The position numbers and the translations under genes are program-made. From positions 171,955 to 235,954 of the forward strand of contig CAXXKX010000005.1 in NCBI GenBank assembly GCA_963676655.2: a DNA stretch of 64,000 bases, in the 5' to 3' direction. Below are positions 63,164 through 64,000 of the stretch, in pieces. Below the pieces are notes generated by a model that searched no databases, was not told the DNA's origin, and was given only the letters and a program-made list of their open reading frames with translations. The stretch's first letter is position 1. Each line of letters begins with the position of its first letter. The DNA comes from Victivallales bacterium (lineage in GTDB: Bacteria; Verrucomicrobiota; Lentisphaeria; Victivallales; Victivallaceae).

Positions 63164-63258
63164 AACCACGAAAAGCACAAAAAAAAACACGAAAAAGATA
63201 GTTTTGAATTTCCGCTTTGCGGAATAATAAATTCGTGACATTCGTGCGATTCGTGGCC
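63164..63258 (+). repeat. Leader element, full copy H (degenerate 5' arm, perfect 3' arm)
   Basis: aaCCACGAAAagCACAAAAaaaaaCACGAAA ... TTCCGC-ttt-GCGGAA ... ATTCGTGacATTCGTGcgATTCGTGGCC. 16 nt to ATG 63275. Confidence 0.75.
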
Positions 63259-63274
63259 AAAAAAGGATAAGAAA

Positions 63275-63709
63275 ATGTCAAGATTAGCGCCGATTAGTAA
63301 AACTGAACCAATTCTGGATTTTGTTAAATCAAAACTTGCCGCGTTAAAAACATCAGAAAATGAGAATCGGTTTTCGCAAATCGAAAAATTCCCGGGAACC
63401 AGCGCGGAGGCGTTGTTCGAGTTTTTGCCGGCGCTTTCGATGCCCGCCGTCGCGATCGTTTACGGCGGCTCCGACGTCGCTAATTTTCCGCTGCGGAAAC
63501 TTTACGTGTCGATCGCAATCGTAACGGAAGCGTACGCGATCGATGACGCGGAGAATTTGCGCGCCCATATCGACGCGGTAATAACCGAACTCGATGAGCA
63601 GTTGGCCGACGACGTTAAATACGAAGTTATCGGCGATAAAGCGTTCGACCTCCCGGGAAGCCCGACCCTGGCCGCCGCGTTTGTCGACCTTGAAATAAGA
63701 GACCACTAA
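63275..63709 (+). CDS. Late protein, possibly Mu gp37-like (DUF1834)
   Basis: 144 aa. ..LSMPAVAIVYGGSDVANFPLRKLYVSIAIVTEAY.. Preceded by leader element 63164-63258 and AAGGA. Confidence 0.45.
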   Translation: MSRLAPISKTEPILDFVKSKLAALKTSENENRFSQIEKFPGTSAEALFEFLPALSMPAVAIVYGGSDVANFPLRKLYVSIAIVTEAYAIDDAENLRAHIDAVITELDEQLADDVKYEVIGDKAFDLPGSPTLAAAFVDLEIRDH

Positions 63710-63773
63710 GCCCGTACGACGGGCGGCGATGGCCCCGGCTATCGCCGGGAATAAAAAATTGAAAATGTTTTTC

Positions 63774-63790
63774 ACTCATAACTCATAACT
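63774..63790. repeat. Short heptamer array (ACTCATA x2.4)
   Basis: ACTCATAACTCATAACT between gene 63275..63709 and ATG 63805. Confidence 0.6.
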
Positions 63791-63804
63791 GAAAGGAATC
63801 AAGT

Positions 63805-64000
63805 ATGAGCATCACAATCACTCCAGAAGTTGGCGACGCGGTTGAAATTACGCCGATCGCCGGAAGCGTCAGCAAGGGCGGCGGCCACGATGATCGCGGC
63901 GGTGGAAAGCTGCCAAACTCCCGGGCGGGAATCGCCAGGAACGGCTCATTCGAGGCATTGATCAACAGTACGTTGACGGTCGCGGTCGCGTCCGGGCTCC
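63805..64000 (+). CDS. Partial late CDS running off the right edge
   Basis: ATG 63805 after AAAGGA, open to the window end (MSITITPEVGDAVEITPIAGSVSKGGG...). Not in the track because it has no stop. Confidence 0.5.
   Translation, partial: MSITITPEVGDAVEITPIAGSVSKGGGHDDRGGGKLPNSRAGIARNGSFEALINSTLTVAVASGL

Larger units (their letters stand above)
37134..64000. mobile_element. Mu-like transposable prophage, left end plus ~27 kb (right end outside window)
   Basis: DDE transposase + AAA+ B protein, Gam, GemA, Mu-type terminase/portal(DUF935)/protease-scaffold/gpT capsid/DUF1320. Left boundary proposed at the first TG of a 5-copy CTGTGCG array. Confidence 0.8.

Overview
No database searches were run; all family calls come from motifs read in the translations. 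The window has two parts.

(1) Positions 1-37,133 look like chromosomal DNA of a glycan-degrading PVC-type bacterium. That host guess is an inference from a DUF1559-like pseudopilin, a sulfatase, three AraC regulators, a beta-helix enzyme and URO-D-like genes. This part carries:
- an ECF sigma/anti-sigma operon
- trpB
- an HtrA protease
- an ABC importer split by an IS200-like RAYT with inverted REP hairpins
- two paralogous long Y1-HUH transposase-like genes
- a DUF134/MinD-FeS/NifX-like cluster
- a long partial CDS at the left edge that the ORF track omits

(2) Positions ~37,134-64,000 are the left ~27 kb of a Mu-like transposable prophage.
- Early genes run leftward: Ner-like HTH, Gam, DDE transposase, AAA+ B protein, GemA, serine recombinase, Nudix, DUF1643, Dam.
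- Late genes run rightward: terminase, DUF935 portal, protease/scaffold, gpT-type capsid.
- Both arms leave a switch region at 51.8-53.3 kb.

The most unusual signal is that the prophage is saturated with small repeat families. I did not see these in the 37 kb host part, apart from one GC-hairpin copy beside the RAYT. The families are:
- a triple-heptad leader element, [ATTCGTG-N2]x3-GGC, lying 14-21 nt upstream of the ATG of at least seven genes
- GC-rich hairpins ending in GCTCCCA, some translated in frame
- 7- and 8-mer tandem arrays that fill intergenic gaps

The early operon also hides a 47-aa NrdD-like glycyl-radical mini-ORF. Functions proposed for the repeats are hypotheses.
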